Part shown: positions 39,784-48,640 of the stretch, piece after piece
Layout: each line of letters starts with the position of its first letter
How positions within the stretch are numbered: the first letter of the stretch is position 1
Assembly: GCA_029560465.1 (NCBI GenBank)
Contig: JAKQKX010000065.1
Span: forward strand, 5,148 to 69,147
Length of the DNA: 64,000 bases
Source of the DNA: Candidatus Omnitrophota bacterium
GTDB taxonomy: Bacteria > Omnitrophota > Gorgyraeia > Zapsychrales > JANLHA01
Direction of reading: 5' to 3'
Position numbers and translations under genes: made by a program
Notes under the pieces: model-generated
Seen by the model: only the letters and a program-made list of their open reading frames with translations
Database searches by the model: none
Told to the model about the DNA's origin: nothing

Positions 39784-40506
39784 ATGTTCAGAGAGCTTTT
39801 CGGCGAAGATCCGCAAGCCATTAAACCATTCTGCCTCCTGGCGCCTTTTTACAGCGCCGCGATCCTGGACATATTACGAATACCCAGGCTGAAACAAGGC
39901 ACGCTCTACGCCTGCGGGCACAATCATGATTTGACTTTCATTCATACCCGCATCGGGCCGACCTTCCTGGGAGATGCGGTCCTTCACCTTGAAAAAACAC
40001 CCTGCCAGAATCTTACCCTGCTCGGAGCCTGCGGCGCCACTTCCATGACACCAGGGATGGAATTGGGAACCCCGATCTTCCCGTCAGGCAGTTACGCCAT
40101 GGACTCTTTCTCCGCGGTCTTGTCCAAAACTAAAACCAACTTCCCTTTTTATAAAAGTGATGCCGCGCTGACCGAAGACTTATTTCACCATAACGGCGGC
40201 GCCGGGCAACGCGTCTCCGCGGCTGCCAGCTTCAGCTCTTTTTATTTGGAAACGCAATATCGCGATCTTTTCCTCAAGAAAGGGATCGAAGTTGTCGACA
40301 TGGAAACAGCCGCTTTGTTCCAGGCCGCGGCGCTCACCGGGAAGAAAGCGGGAGCCGTGCTTTACGTTACGGATATTCTTGACATATCCCACCCCTTCCG
40401 CCACTGGTCAAGGGCAGAAAAACGCCTCTTGCAAGAGGCATCCCGGCAGGCGGCATCGATCATCCTGCGGACAGCCCGTCAAAAAAACAAATCGGCGAGC
40501 AATTAA
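39784..40506 (+). CDS. PNP/UDP phosphorylase-family protein (divergent)
   Basis: LLGACGA, VVDMETAALF, VLYVTD. Confidence 0.75.
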   Translation: MFRELFGEDPQAIKPFCLLAPFYSAAILDILRIPRLKQGTLYACGHNHDLTFIHTRIGPTFLGDAVLHLEKTPCQNLTLLGACGATSMTPGMELGTPIFPSGSYAMDSFSAVLSKTKTNFPFYKSDAALTEDLFHHNGGAGQRVSAAASFSSFYLETQYRDLFLKKGIEVVDMETAALFQAAALTGKKAGAVLYVTDILDISHPFRHWSRAEKRLLQEASRQAASIILRTARQKNKSASN

Positions 40507-40593
40507 CCAGTTAAACACCCCAAAAATCTTCCAAGGAAACGTTGTCGTCCAGGAAACAACTATTCCAACGGCTAGGCAAACCGGCTTTATATA

Positions 40594-40602
40594 TGTTATA
40601 CT
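40594..40602 (+). promoter_or_regulatory. extended -10 promoter for the riboswitch leader
   Basis: TGtTATACT shortly upstream of the aptamer. Confidence 0.5.
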
Positions 40603-40611
40603 TCAATTGAC

Positions 40612-40712
40612 AATTAGAAAGGTAAACTATTCGAAAGAATAGGGCGCAAAGCCGTGAGCCTAAATCTTCCTGCAAAAAGGCGGGAATGATATGGTTGTCT
40701 GGCTACCGTGAC
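40612..40712 (+). ncRNA. c-di-GMP-I (GEMM) riboswitch aptamer
   Basis: GGTAAAC-TATTC-GAAA-GAATA-GGGCGCAAAGCC...GCCTAA...ATGGTTGTCTGGCTACCG matches the GEMM consensus (GNRA loop, GCAAAG, CCTAA receptor). Confidence 0.9.
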
Positions 40713-40734
40713 CATCCGGTTTCGTGAAAATATG

Positions 40735-40769
40735 AGCCCTTCGAATCTTTCGAAGGGCTTTTTCTTTTT
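40735..40769 (+). terminator. intrinsic terminator (riboswitch expression platform)
   Basis: AGCCCTTCGAA-TCT-TTCGAAGGGCT followed by a T-rich tract (TTTTCTTTTT), just before the AAGGAG RBS. Confidence 0.85.
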
Positions 40770-40782
40770 AAAGGAGCATTTT

Positions 40783-41046
40783 ATGAATAAATTTTTATTG
40801 ATATCCCTCATCGCAATTCTTCTTGCGCCCTTCTGTCCAAAATCCTCTATGGCGGCGCCGACTTCTTCCCAGGAGTTTAAAATTGTTGTGTATATTCCGG
40901 CGATCCCTGGGATCAATGCCCCCCTGGACAAACTGACTGAAGATGTGCGCGTCGACGGGATGACAGGGACATCATTTTACGTCACGACAGAAGAACTCCA
41001 GGAAGATGGCCAAAAGGTCTTCCGGGAAACGATTGTGGCCAGGTAG
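40783..41046 (+). CDS. small secreted protein (87 aa) under riboswitch control
   Basis: AAGGAG RBS, ATG 40783, signal peptide MNKFLLISLIAILLAPFCPKSSMA. Confidence 0.8.
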   Translation: MNKFLLISLIAILLAPFCPKSSMAAPTSSQEFKIVVYIPAIPGINAPLDKLTEDVRVDGMTGTSFYVTTEELQEDGQKVFRETIVAR

Positions 41047-41054
41047 GAAGCTGG

Positions 41055-43811
41055 CTATTTAGCCTTTTCTTTGAGGGGGATATTGAACACGTACGTGATC
41101 CCTTCCGCGACTTTAATCTCATTCTTAATTTTAACTAACGGGATACAATTCTTAGGAAGAGAATTGACGTCCAGTTCCAGGACGTGTATTCCGGGCTTAA
41201 TATTGTCAAAACTATATGTCCCTTCAAAATCACTAAATGTTACCTCTTTCCCATCCAAAATAACCTTGGCTTTGGAGACAAACTTGTCATCCTTATCCAG
41301 GACATTGTTTTGATTAGTATCAATGAACACAACGCCGTAAACACCCGACTGGCTGGTCAGGCCGAAGTTGTTCACGTTCACTTTCCTATGCTCAACAATG
41401 ACATCCTTCATGAATCCGTTGGAATTTACGTAACCGGTCGGCAAAGTCGAAATATCCAACGCAACCCGCACCTTCCGGGCTTTAACCTTCGCGAAATATC
41501 GCCCCTGGCTGTTAGTTTTAACGACCTTATCCCCGACTTTGATCCCAATACCGGGGATGCCCTCTTCTCCCAAATCAAGAACAGTATTTCCGTTTATGTC
41601 GTTAAATACACGCCCTTGAAAAATTCCGGTGGGATTCCAGCGGAAAAAGGTATCCCAATTGGTCCGCAACCCTAACCGCACGTCAGCGTCATTAAAAGGC
41701 GAATTGTCAGGGTTTTCCGTCCAAACGCTGCGGATATTGCCATCTAAATATATTTCAAAATCACGATTCGGGCGGTAAACGAACCCTAAAGATCCACGGA
41801 TAGAGTCCTCCCCGGAAAGGAAACTGAACTGCTCTGTTGTCTTCTCTTCATCCCGGTATCGTAAGCTCATCCTTCCGGACAAGGGTTCGAACATCCTCCA
41901 GGTATAATCAACCCCCGTAGTCAGCACATGCGGATATGTCCAATCATCGGCCTGGATATTATGGACAAATGAATATTCATAATTCACGTAAAAACTCATA
42001 TCTGAAAAAAGCGGCATCCGCAGCCCCGCGGATAAAGAATTACGGTCAAACTCAGACGCCGGAGATTTATCATAACGGTTTTGCTGGAACGTCTGCCCGA
42101 GAGAAAACGTCATCGCCCGTCCCCCAAAAAACGGAAAACGCTGATTAAACATATTCATAATACTTCTACTTTGATGCGGGGAAATAAGCTGCGGGGTGTA
42201 GGAAACAAAAGCCCCTGTCGTCCATGAGGACGCGGACGATAGGGGATAGTTAAAAGAGCCGTTCCAGTCAACATTCAGGTCATCCTCTTTGTCGGGATTA
42301 AACAAAAAGCGGTCGCGGTAAATATCAAGATTCGAATTAAGACGGGTTTTCTCTCCCCGGAACGCATAACGTATATTGCCACCCACTTCCCCTCGGTCCG
42401 AAGGACGCCCGACCAGAGTCACATAGTCTTTATCAATATCGCGAAAATTTATGTTTAAAGTATAATTTTTCTTTTTAATCTCCGTCCTAATGACGTCACT
42501 ATAAACGTCTTCATCGGAGGCAATCTCCCCGTATATTTTGAAATCATTGAATTTGTGTTCAGTCTCCGCCGAAAACACTTTATCTTTAAGAAAATTATCC
42601 CGGGAGTCTCCATACCCCCGCCCGACATTAATCGTGTAATTATGGTCATCGTCAGGGAACAACGTGACACTCGCTCCTTCAATATGGGTTTTCTTAACAG
42701 ACAGGATCCCAGGACTGATAAACAAAAACTGGGCGCGGTCCTGCCCTTGAAAGACCGTATAACGAAGATTATGATGCGCCGCGTAACTTTCTAACTTGAC
42801 TCCCCGGAAACTCCGGCCCGGGATTGACAGGTCAGAGAAGAAGACCTCGGTGTCAAAGCCCCGAATTGTAAAATCCCGGAAAGGACCCACGAGGCCATTG
42901 GTCAGCCCTACCCGCTCGCCTATCCGCTCCGTGGATTCGGCATATTTATAAAAATTCATAGAAGCATCAAAATCGCCATAGGGCGTTTTCCCGTACATCC
43001 CAACCCACTGCGAAAAATTGAGGTTTGTCCGAACCATGTCCGGGATACGGTCCCCGAGATAAATACTGCTCCAATTATTAGAATACGCGATATTAAACGG
43101 CGGGGAATCTTCTTTCCCGGTCAATTCAAACTTTTCCACCTGCACGTTCTGCTGAATACGCGGGAGCTGGCCTTTAACGTTAAAAGTCCAGCGGCCCCGG
43201 TCGTCCCAGATGTGAAAAAAAGTATTCGCCCGGACTTTAGTCATAATACTGATACGATTTTGGTCCAACCGATCCACTTCCAGGATTCCTTCGTTGACCG
43301 CCAGGAACTGTTTAATATTCCGGCCCTGCAAAATATAAGTCTTATTCGTTTCGATTTCCAAGTCGGTATTAGGCTGCCTGGCCCACAGCGTGTCATCCAG
43401 GTTAAGGATTGCCGCATGTTTCGGTTTAAGAGCCTCTTCCTTGGCTTTCATCATGGCCGGCGATGCGGTAAACTGCTGCACGATGGCCGTCCGTTCCTCC
43501 TCCCTCTGTTGATCAGGGGTCACCACCTCTTTGGGAAAAACATCCGGTTGCACAACAGCCATGCGGCCTTCCTTAAAACGTTTAATGAGTTTAATGTATT
43601 TGAAAGGAGTTTCTTTGGATGGGGCAATCGCCTGAGCCTGTTCAAAATACAAAATAGCTTTATCATAAAAGCCCTTATCAAAAGCCCGGACGCCCAAACT
43701 CATATAATAATGATAATCAGATTCTGAAGCAGCGGAGCTTGCTCCAGGACAGGAAAGGATAAATAATGCAGCGATAAGAATTCCAAGGAAAAATTTGCTC
43801 ATACCTCGCAA
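41055..43811 (-). CDS. usher-like outer-membrane protein (TPR + Ig-like N-domain + large beta-barrel + two SdrD-B-like domains)
   Basis: Signal peptide, TPR (YDKAILYFEQAQAIAP), ~500 aa of amphipathic strands, GRVFNDINGN..GEEGIPG and GVVFIDTNQN C-terminal domains. Confidence 0.7.
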   Translation of the reverse strand: MRGMSKFFLGILIAALFILSCPGASSAASESDYHYYMSLGVRAFDKGFYDKAILYFEQAQAIAPSKETPFKYIKLIKRFKEGRMAVVQPDVFPKEVVTPDQQREEERTAIVQQFTASPAMMKAKEEALKPKHAAILNLDDTLWARQPNTDLEIETNKTYILQGRNIKQFLAVNEGILEVDRLDQNRISIMTKVRANTFFHIWDDRGRWTFNVKGQLPRIQQNVQVEKFELTGKEDSPPFNIAYSNNWSSIYLGDRIPDMVRTNLNFSQWVGMYGKTPYGDFDASMNFYKYAESTERIGERVGLTNGLVGPFRDFTIRGFDTEVFFSDLSIPGRSFRGVKLESYAAHHNLRYTVFQGQDRAQFLFISPGILSVKKTHIEGASVTLFPDDDHNYTINVGRGYGDSRDNFLKDKVFSAETEHKFNDFKIYGEIASDEDVYSDVIRTEIKKKNYTLNINFRDIDKDYVTLVGRPSDRGEVGGNIRYAFRGEKTRLNSNLDIYRDRFLFNPDKEDDLNVDWNGSFNYPLSSASSWTTGAFVSYTPQLISPHQSRSIMNMFNQRFPFFGGRAMTFSLGQTFQQNRYDKSPASEFDRNSLSAGLRMPLFSDMSFYVNYEYSFVHNIQADDWTYPHVLTTGVDYTWRMFEPLSGRMSLRYRDEEKTTEQFSFLSGEDSIRGSLGFVYRPNRDFEIYLDGNIRSVWTENPDNSPFNDADVRLGLRTNWDTFFRWNPTGIFQGRVFNDINGNTVLDLGEEGIPGIGIKVGDKVVKTNSQGRYFAKVKARKVRVALDISTLPTGYVNSNGFMKDVIVEHRKVNVNNFGLTSQSGVYGVVFIDTNQNNVLDKDDKFVSKAKVILDGKEVTFSDFEGTYSFDNIKPGIHVLELDVNSLPKNCIPLVKIKNEIKVAEGITYVFNIPLKEKAK

Positions 43812-43988
43812 CGTTTCTGCGGTTCCACGGCATCTTCTGAAAAATCCGAACTATAACCCAGCCTCTTGTCCCAAGAATATTTCCCATGGTATCTTTGAAT
43901 CAAATTCAGCATGAGGCCGAAACACAGAAAAATTTTCACCACCTTTATTATAAATATTATCCGGCAAAACAAAAGCGGGATCGGGAAA

Positions 43989-44801
43989 TTAATCCCGTGT
44001 GGCAACCAAATTTATATCCCCTTCCGGATTCTTATTAAAATCAACTTCGATGACCACACTGTCCCCGCGCTCCAAATCAAATGTCAAGACAACCGTATGC
44101 TTCCCCGGAGGGAGTGTTTCAGGAATAACAAATTGAAAATCCGCTTTCGCCTGCGGCGGGACATACAGCTTATTAACTTCTCCCCGGTCTTCGACCAAGC
44201 CATCCTCACTGAGGAAAAAGAAGACTCCTTTGGGGAAAAGCACGACATCCCCCTGGTTATGAAAATTCCCCTGCAGCACTCCTCCATTAAGAGCCAGATC
44301 TTCAACCTTCGCGGATTTGTTCGCATCCGTTGACTCGAGAAAAAACAAAGTGCCAATCCTGGTCACAAAACTCATCCCGATTCTTGACTTAGCCACATCC
44401 GGGCTCATCTCAAAAAAAAGCACGCCATCGCAGCCTGTTTTAAATGATTCCGGGACTTTAACCGAATACTTTACCTCTTGCTTCCCGAACGGCGGAAGGG
44501 TTATTGTATTGGGGCTAAACGTGATTTTGTCCGCGCAGGAATAATCAGAGGTGCCGCTCGGCATAAATTCTTTGTTCCCTTTATCAAACGGTTGGCGGTA
44601 AATAAAATCCTGCCAATACAATTTTACGGCTAACGGCTTATTGGTGCTGTTTGTGACTTCCAGGGAATCCACGATTCCCGAGCCCGGAGCCATTTCATGT
44701 TTAATGACGCTCTTCTGAATAATCAGTTGCGCAGAAACTCTGCCCGGCATACCGAGTAAACCGACAAAGAAAAAAGGGATTATATGGATAAATCGATGCA
44801 T
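43989..44801 (-). CDS. PapD/DUF916-like periplasmic pilus chaperone
   Basis: Signal peptide; LEVTNSTNKPL, FSPNTITLPP..QEVKYSVKVP, FHNQGDV, LPPGKHTV two-Ig architecture. Confidence 0.72.
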   Translation of the reverse strand: MHRFIHIIPFFFVGLLGMPGRVSAQLIIQKSVIKHEMAPGSGIVDSLEVTNSTNKPLAVKLYWQDFIYRQPFDKGNKEFMPSGTSDYSCADKITFSPNTITLPPFGKQEVKYSVKVPESFKTGCDGVLFFEMSPDVAKSRIGMSFVTRIGTLFFLESTDANKSAKVEDLALNGGVLQGNFHNQGDVVLFPKGVFFFLSEDGLVEDRGEVNKLYVPPQAKADFQFVIPETLPPGKHTVVLTFDLERGDSVVIEVDFNKNPEGDINLVATRD

Positions 44802-44810
44802 AAGTTTAAT

Positions 44811-44847
44811 AACTTTTGCGGGCAGGTTACTCCTGCCCGCAAAAGTT
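44811..44847 (-). terminator. 16-bp perfect hairpin after the major pilin-like gene
   Basis: AACTTTTGCGGGCAGG-TTACT-CCTGCCCGCAAAAGTT. Confidence 0.7.
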
Positions 44848-44865
44848 TCAATTTTTAAAAACAAA

Positions 44866-45528
44866 TTACGGTCCAGGAGCAGCAACAGTCATGGTTAACG
44901 TGCCGGTGTAATTACCAGGCGTGTCTCCCGGATTAAACGGGATAGCCCCAGCAGGTTCCGATTCAAGCGGATTCCCGGTTGAAAGCCCGACATAAAAACG
45001 CAAATACTGCCCGTTGGCTAAAATATCCGCAGCATAAACAGTTTGTGCGATGTTCGCCAATATCGCCCGGGTTCCTATTTGAGTTTCAGTGTCATCGGTG
45101 TAAACATCCGGAGTCCCATTGTTGTCATTCGCAACAGGCGTTCCAATGGCATGAACTCCAAGGCCACTTCCATCATTCGGTGAGCCGTTGGGGTTGTCGT
45201 CATCCGTATAAGTAAGAGTAACATTAAGAGCACCCGCCCCATACGGCCACACATCAACAGCATAGTAAACATCGCCCAGGTAAGCATATTGAGGTGGATC
45301 CCCAGGATCCGCGACATTAGTGAGGATCGGCTCAAACTGCAAAGTTGTGGACGGCCAATCTGTGAATACCCCTCCGTCAACCTGGTAGACTACGAACGTT
45401 GCCGTGCTGGCGTTGTCGATGTCAACGGTAATCGGGAACGTCGCCGAGCTGGTCTGCGCCGAGGCGCCGGACACGAAGCACAACAAGGCCCCCACCATTA
45501 ACACCGTTAAGAAAGTTAGTTTTCGCAT
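44866..45528 (-). CDS. secreted pilin-like (putative major) subunit
   Basis: GAAAGGAGG RBS, signal peptide, N-terminal strand SATFPITVDI, C-terminal PGNYTGTLTMTV typical of Csu/WxL-type Ig pilins. Confidence 0.65.
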   Translation of the reverse strand: MRKLTFLTVLMVGALLCFVSGASAQTSSATFPITVDIDNASTATFVVYQVDGGVFTDWPSTTLQFEPILTNVADPGDPPQYAYLGDVYYAVDVWPYGAGALNVTLTYTDDDNPNGSPNDGSGLGVHAIGTPVANDNNGTPDVYTDDTETQIGTRAILANIAQTVYAADILANGQYLRFYVGLSTGNPLESEPAGAIPFNPGDTPGNYTGTLTMTVAAPGP

Positions 45529-45557
45529 TTTCTTCCTTCCTCCTTTCAAAAATTAAA

Positions 45558-46937
45558 CTAAATGGCACCTAATGAATACATCACTTGCACTTTATAATTA
45601 CCAGCCTGCATATTCGGATAAGGCTTCATACGGTAACTCACAGTCAAAACAGCTGACGACCCCAGGTCGTCTGAAACGTATAAAGGAACCTCACCCTTGC
45701 TTACTGGAGAAAAATCGTCGTGTTGAACGCTTCCCTGCCCATCAACAAGTTCTTCCTTGAATGTAAAGAATTCGCTGGAAAATTCCTCCCCCTCTTCATT
45801 AGTCAGCGGTGCGTGTAAAATTTGATTCACGACATACGGTTTGCCCAAGTTTGTCTTGACCGCAACTTTAATCTCCTTAATTTGCGGCGGGTCGGTTTCC
45901 AGGGTGCCGTGAAAACTCATACCCTCGGTGGGATACTCCACGTTCAGTTCAAAAACCGGGTCCACCACAAGCTCCAAATGAACATCAAACACGTGTTCAC
46001 CCCGCCTGCTTTCAACAATATATCTGGCAGCGCCTTCATAACGGCCCGCCTGGTAATTTTGCACCAAATCCTGATTCACGCTATAGTTAACTCCGATTGT
46101 ATCGTGGCTGGCGGTCCCTTCATAAATAAGCGTTTGTTCCGGCCGCAAATCACCCGAGGACTCCTGAAGGACCTCCCCCCGTTCCCCCCCAAAAACCAGA
46201 TATTGAATCAAACCCAATTCAACCGACTGCATCAACTCGTCTCTGGGGAAGGCGTCGATCTTTTGATAAATCTTAATGGGGTTGCCTTCAACGTTGTTCG
46301 TAAAAGAGATCGAAAAATTCGCCTCTGAAACAGGCCTCTGATCTGTTGTTATCCTGATGCGGTCCTGACCGGCATTCCCAGACGTTTCAATCTTTAAATC
46401 GCCGCCAGCTTCCAAAGTGACAGTCAGGACTCTTTCATCAATTGCCCCCTCACCTATCTGACGGACAGTATAAAACATCTGTCCCTGAAAAGATCCTGAA
46501 ACGCTCAACGCATCCGGGTCGACTTTATAAAAGACCACAAAAGAATCCGCGGTCCCGGAAGGGTCAGAAGAATAAATCTGCTGATCGGAAAGCCCCAAAG
46601 GCTCAACATCCTGAATATAGAGCGTGCCACGGGAATTGGAACCAAGCAACCCCCCGCTTAAGATAGCGGAGCGATACAGGGTTTCCCCTTTTTCATTAAC
46701 CAGTGGGCCTATCCTTTGAAAGACCTGGTATTGTTGCCCTTCATCAGAATTCACACGGATACGGACTTCCTTATCTTCTGAGGAGAAAGTATCTACACGC
46801 CCAAAACGGATACTCCCGCCCCCTTCAGCCGGAATCACAGACAGCGTCACCGCGGCAAAAGATAAATTAGGGATAATTTCTATTAAAAATAATATTAATG
46901 CTATAGTTAAATATTTTTTTAAGTTTACATAATTCAT
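45558..46937 (-). CDS. secreted protein of three tandem pilin-like Ig domains
   Basis: Internal repeats ending GSFQGQMFYTV / AGRYEGAARYIV / AGNYKVQVMYSL. Confidence 0.65.
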   Translation of the reverse strand: MNYVNLKKYLTIALILFLIEIIPNLSFAAVTLSVIPAEGGGSIRFGRVDTFSSEDKEVRIRVNSDEGQQYQVFQRIGPLVNEKGETLYRSAILSGGLLGSNSRGTLYIQDVEPLGLSDQQIYSSDPSGTADSFVVFYKVDPDALSVSGSFQGQMFYTVRQIGEGAIDERVLTVTLEAGGDLKIETSGNAGQDRIRITTDQRPVSEANFSISFTNNVEGNPIKIYQKIDAFPRDELMQSVELGLIQYLVFGGERGEVLQESSGDLRPEQTLIYEGTASHDTIGVNYSVNQDLVQNYQAGRYEGAARYIVESRRGEHVFDVHLELVVDPVFELNVEYPTEGMSFHGTLETDPPQIKEIKVAVKTNLGKPYVVNQILHAPLTNEEGEEFSSEFFTFKEELVDGQGSVQHDDFSPVSKGEVPLYVSDDLGSSAVLTVSYRMKPYPNMQAGNYKVQVMYSLGAI

Positions 46938-47111
46938 ATTTAATATCTTACTAAATAATCATCAAAAAGTATAGATATTTCTTTTCCATAAATATATGAA
47001 AAATAACAATTTATATTTTTAATAAATTTTTTTCTTAAATAAAATTAAAAATTTAAAAATTCTATAATAAAATTGAATCTTTATGATATAAATAATTTTA
47101 ATTAATATAAT

Positions 47112-48605
47112 TTATTCTTTAACTACGCTTTTTAACCATTCCTCGACTTCTTTGGAATATGGAGCAGGAATATTATTCCGTCCTATAATATGCTCGGTTA
47201 GCTGGGCAATATTTTCGGTTCTTAAAATAAAATGATGCCGCATCTGAGTTTCTATGACCGTAAAAGGCCCCGGGGCTTTCGCCAGCAATTGCACAAACTC
47301 TTTAAATGATTCAAATTCCTGGCCATCAACTTTCTGGTTCACTTCATTACTGAAATCATGGTATCCGATATTCACATCATCAGGCAGAACCTGAAGTAGA
47401 ACAACTAGTTCTTTCTTACGGGCGAGGTTTAAACGCCCCTCTCCTGTTAAATAGGCCATAAACTCCAAAGGGGCCTTTTCCCACCACTGATTCCCCCAGG
47501 ACTGCAGCAAATCCGCGCTGAGGACAGTAAAAACCATGCCTCCAAATATATAATAAGGAGGTTTCTTAAAAAAATTGGGCTGGGGAATTAATTCAGCGTA
47601 AGGATGCAACGGGACTATTTTCTCCTGAACAACTCCGTTCCGGACAATTTCAAAAGGGATTGCGTGACCAATGTGCTCATTATGAATGAGATAAGAAAAA
47701 CCCAACCGTTCATTATCTCGGAATTCGAAGGTGCCGTCCATGCCAATGGGAACGCCATTCACGGCCAGGATGATATCCCCTTCCTGCAATATCCTGTCTG
47801 CGGAAGAAAAGGGCAAAACCCTCGTGATATAAACCCCTCCATTATGATCCGTAAATTGATAAAACTCCCTCAGCGCCGGGTTTTCCGTGTTGTGATATTC
47901 CACCCCCAAGCTAGGAAATCCGTCATACTGTCCGTTATCATGTAAATCTTTCAGGAAATGATGAATGATCGGGACCGGGATCATATAACCGATATTCTGG
48001 CTGTGCCTCATGGCTTGCATGGCGACACCAACAATTTTTCCATCTTTAAAAACCGGGCCGCCACTGTTGCCGGGATTGATCGCCGCGTCGATCTGCACCG
48101 CCAGCAGCCGTTTGGATGTTTGCACATACGGGATAATTTCAATACGGGAAACCACCCCTTCGGTGATCGACAACTTATCCCCGCCCTCGGGGAACCCCAG
48201 CACGACAACCGTGTCCTGGAGCTGCGGGAGGTCACCGAAATCCAACGGGACGACCCCGTCGAAAAACCGAGGGTCATCCACGGTGAGGATGGCCAGATCA
48301 CAGTCGTGCCCGAGGGCTTCGACCCTGGCGGTATATTTCGTGGGATCGGATTCTTTCCGCACCTGGATGAAGGTGCTGTCAACGACAACATGCGCATTCG
48401 TTAAAATTCTTTGCCCCGCCAATATACACCCTGATCCGGTCGCGGAAAAACTTCCGCGCGACTGCCAAGGCCGGTAAAAATCCATTTGGTTGGACGTGAC
48501 AAAGATTTTAACAACCGAATCACGCGGGTTGTCACAATGGCCATCGGCAAGATAAAAGCACACACATCCGGCCGCCAAAAGAAAACATAGCAAGGCTTTC
48601 TTCAT
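47112..48605 (-). CDS. HtrA/Deg-family serine protease with PDZ domains (Deg2-type)
   Basis: TNAHVV, DCDLAIL, INPGNSGGP. Confidence 0.93.
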   Translation of the reverse strand: MKKALLCFLLAAGCVCFYLADGHCDNPRDSVVKIFVTSNQMDFYRPWQSRGSFSATGSGCILAGQRILTNAHVVVDSTFIQVRKESDPTKYTARVEALGHDCDLAILTVDDPRFFDGVVPLDFGDLPQLQDTVVVLGFPEGGDKLSITEGVVSRIEIIPYVQTSKRLLAVQIDAAINPGNSGGPVFKDGKIVGVAMQAMRHSQNIGYMIPVPIIHHFLKDLHDNGQYDGFPSLGVEYHNTENPALREFYQFTDHNGGVYITRVLPFSSADRILQEGDIILAVNGVPIGMDGTFEFRDNERLGFSYLIHNEHIGHAIPFEIVRNGVVQEKIVPLHPYAELIPQPNFFKKPPYYIFGGMVFTVLSADLLQSWGNQWWEKAPLEFMAYLTGEGRLNLARKKELVVLLQVLPDDVNIGYHDFSNEVNQKVDGQEFESFKEFVQLLAKAPGPFTVIETQMRHHFILRTENIAQLTEHIIGRNNIPAPYSKEVEEWLKSVVKE

Positions 48606-48640
48606 AAATAACTCCGTTGTTAATAGCTGGTTGTAATACT

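Noticed and set aside
40708-40782. N-terminal extension of the ORF-track call 40708..41046
   Set aside because: It runs through the riboswitch terminator; the RBS supports ATG 40783.
44802-44885. N-terminal extension of the chaperone ORF
   Set aside because: It overlaps the pilin stop and the hairpin; the signal peptide starts at ATG 44801.
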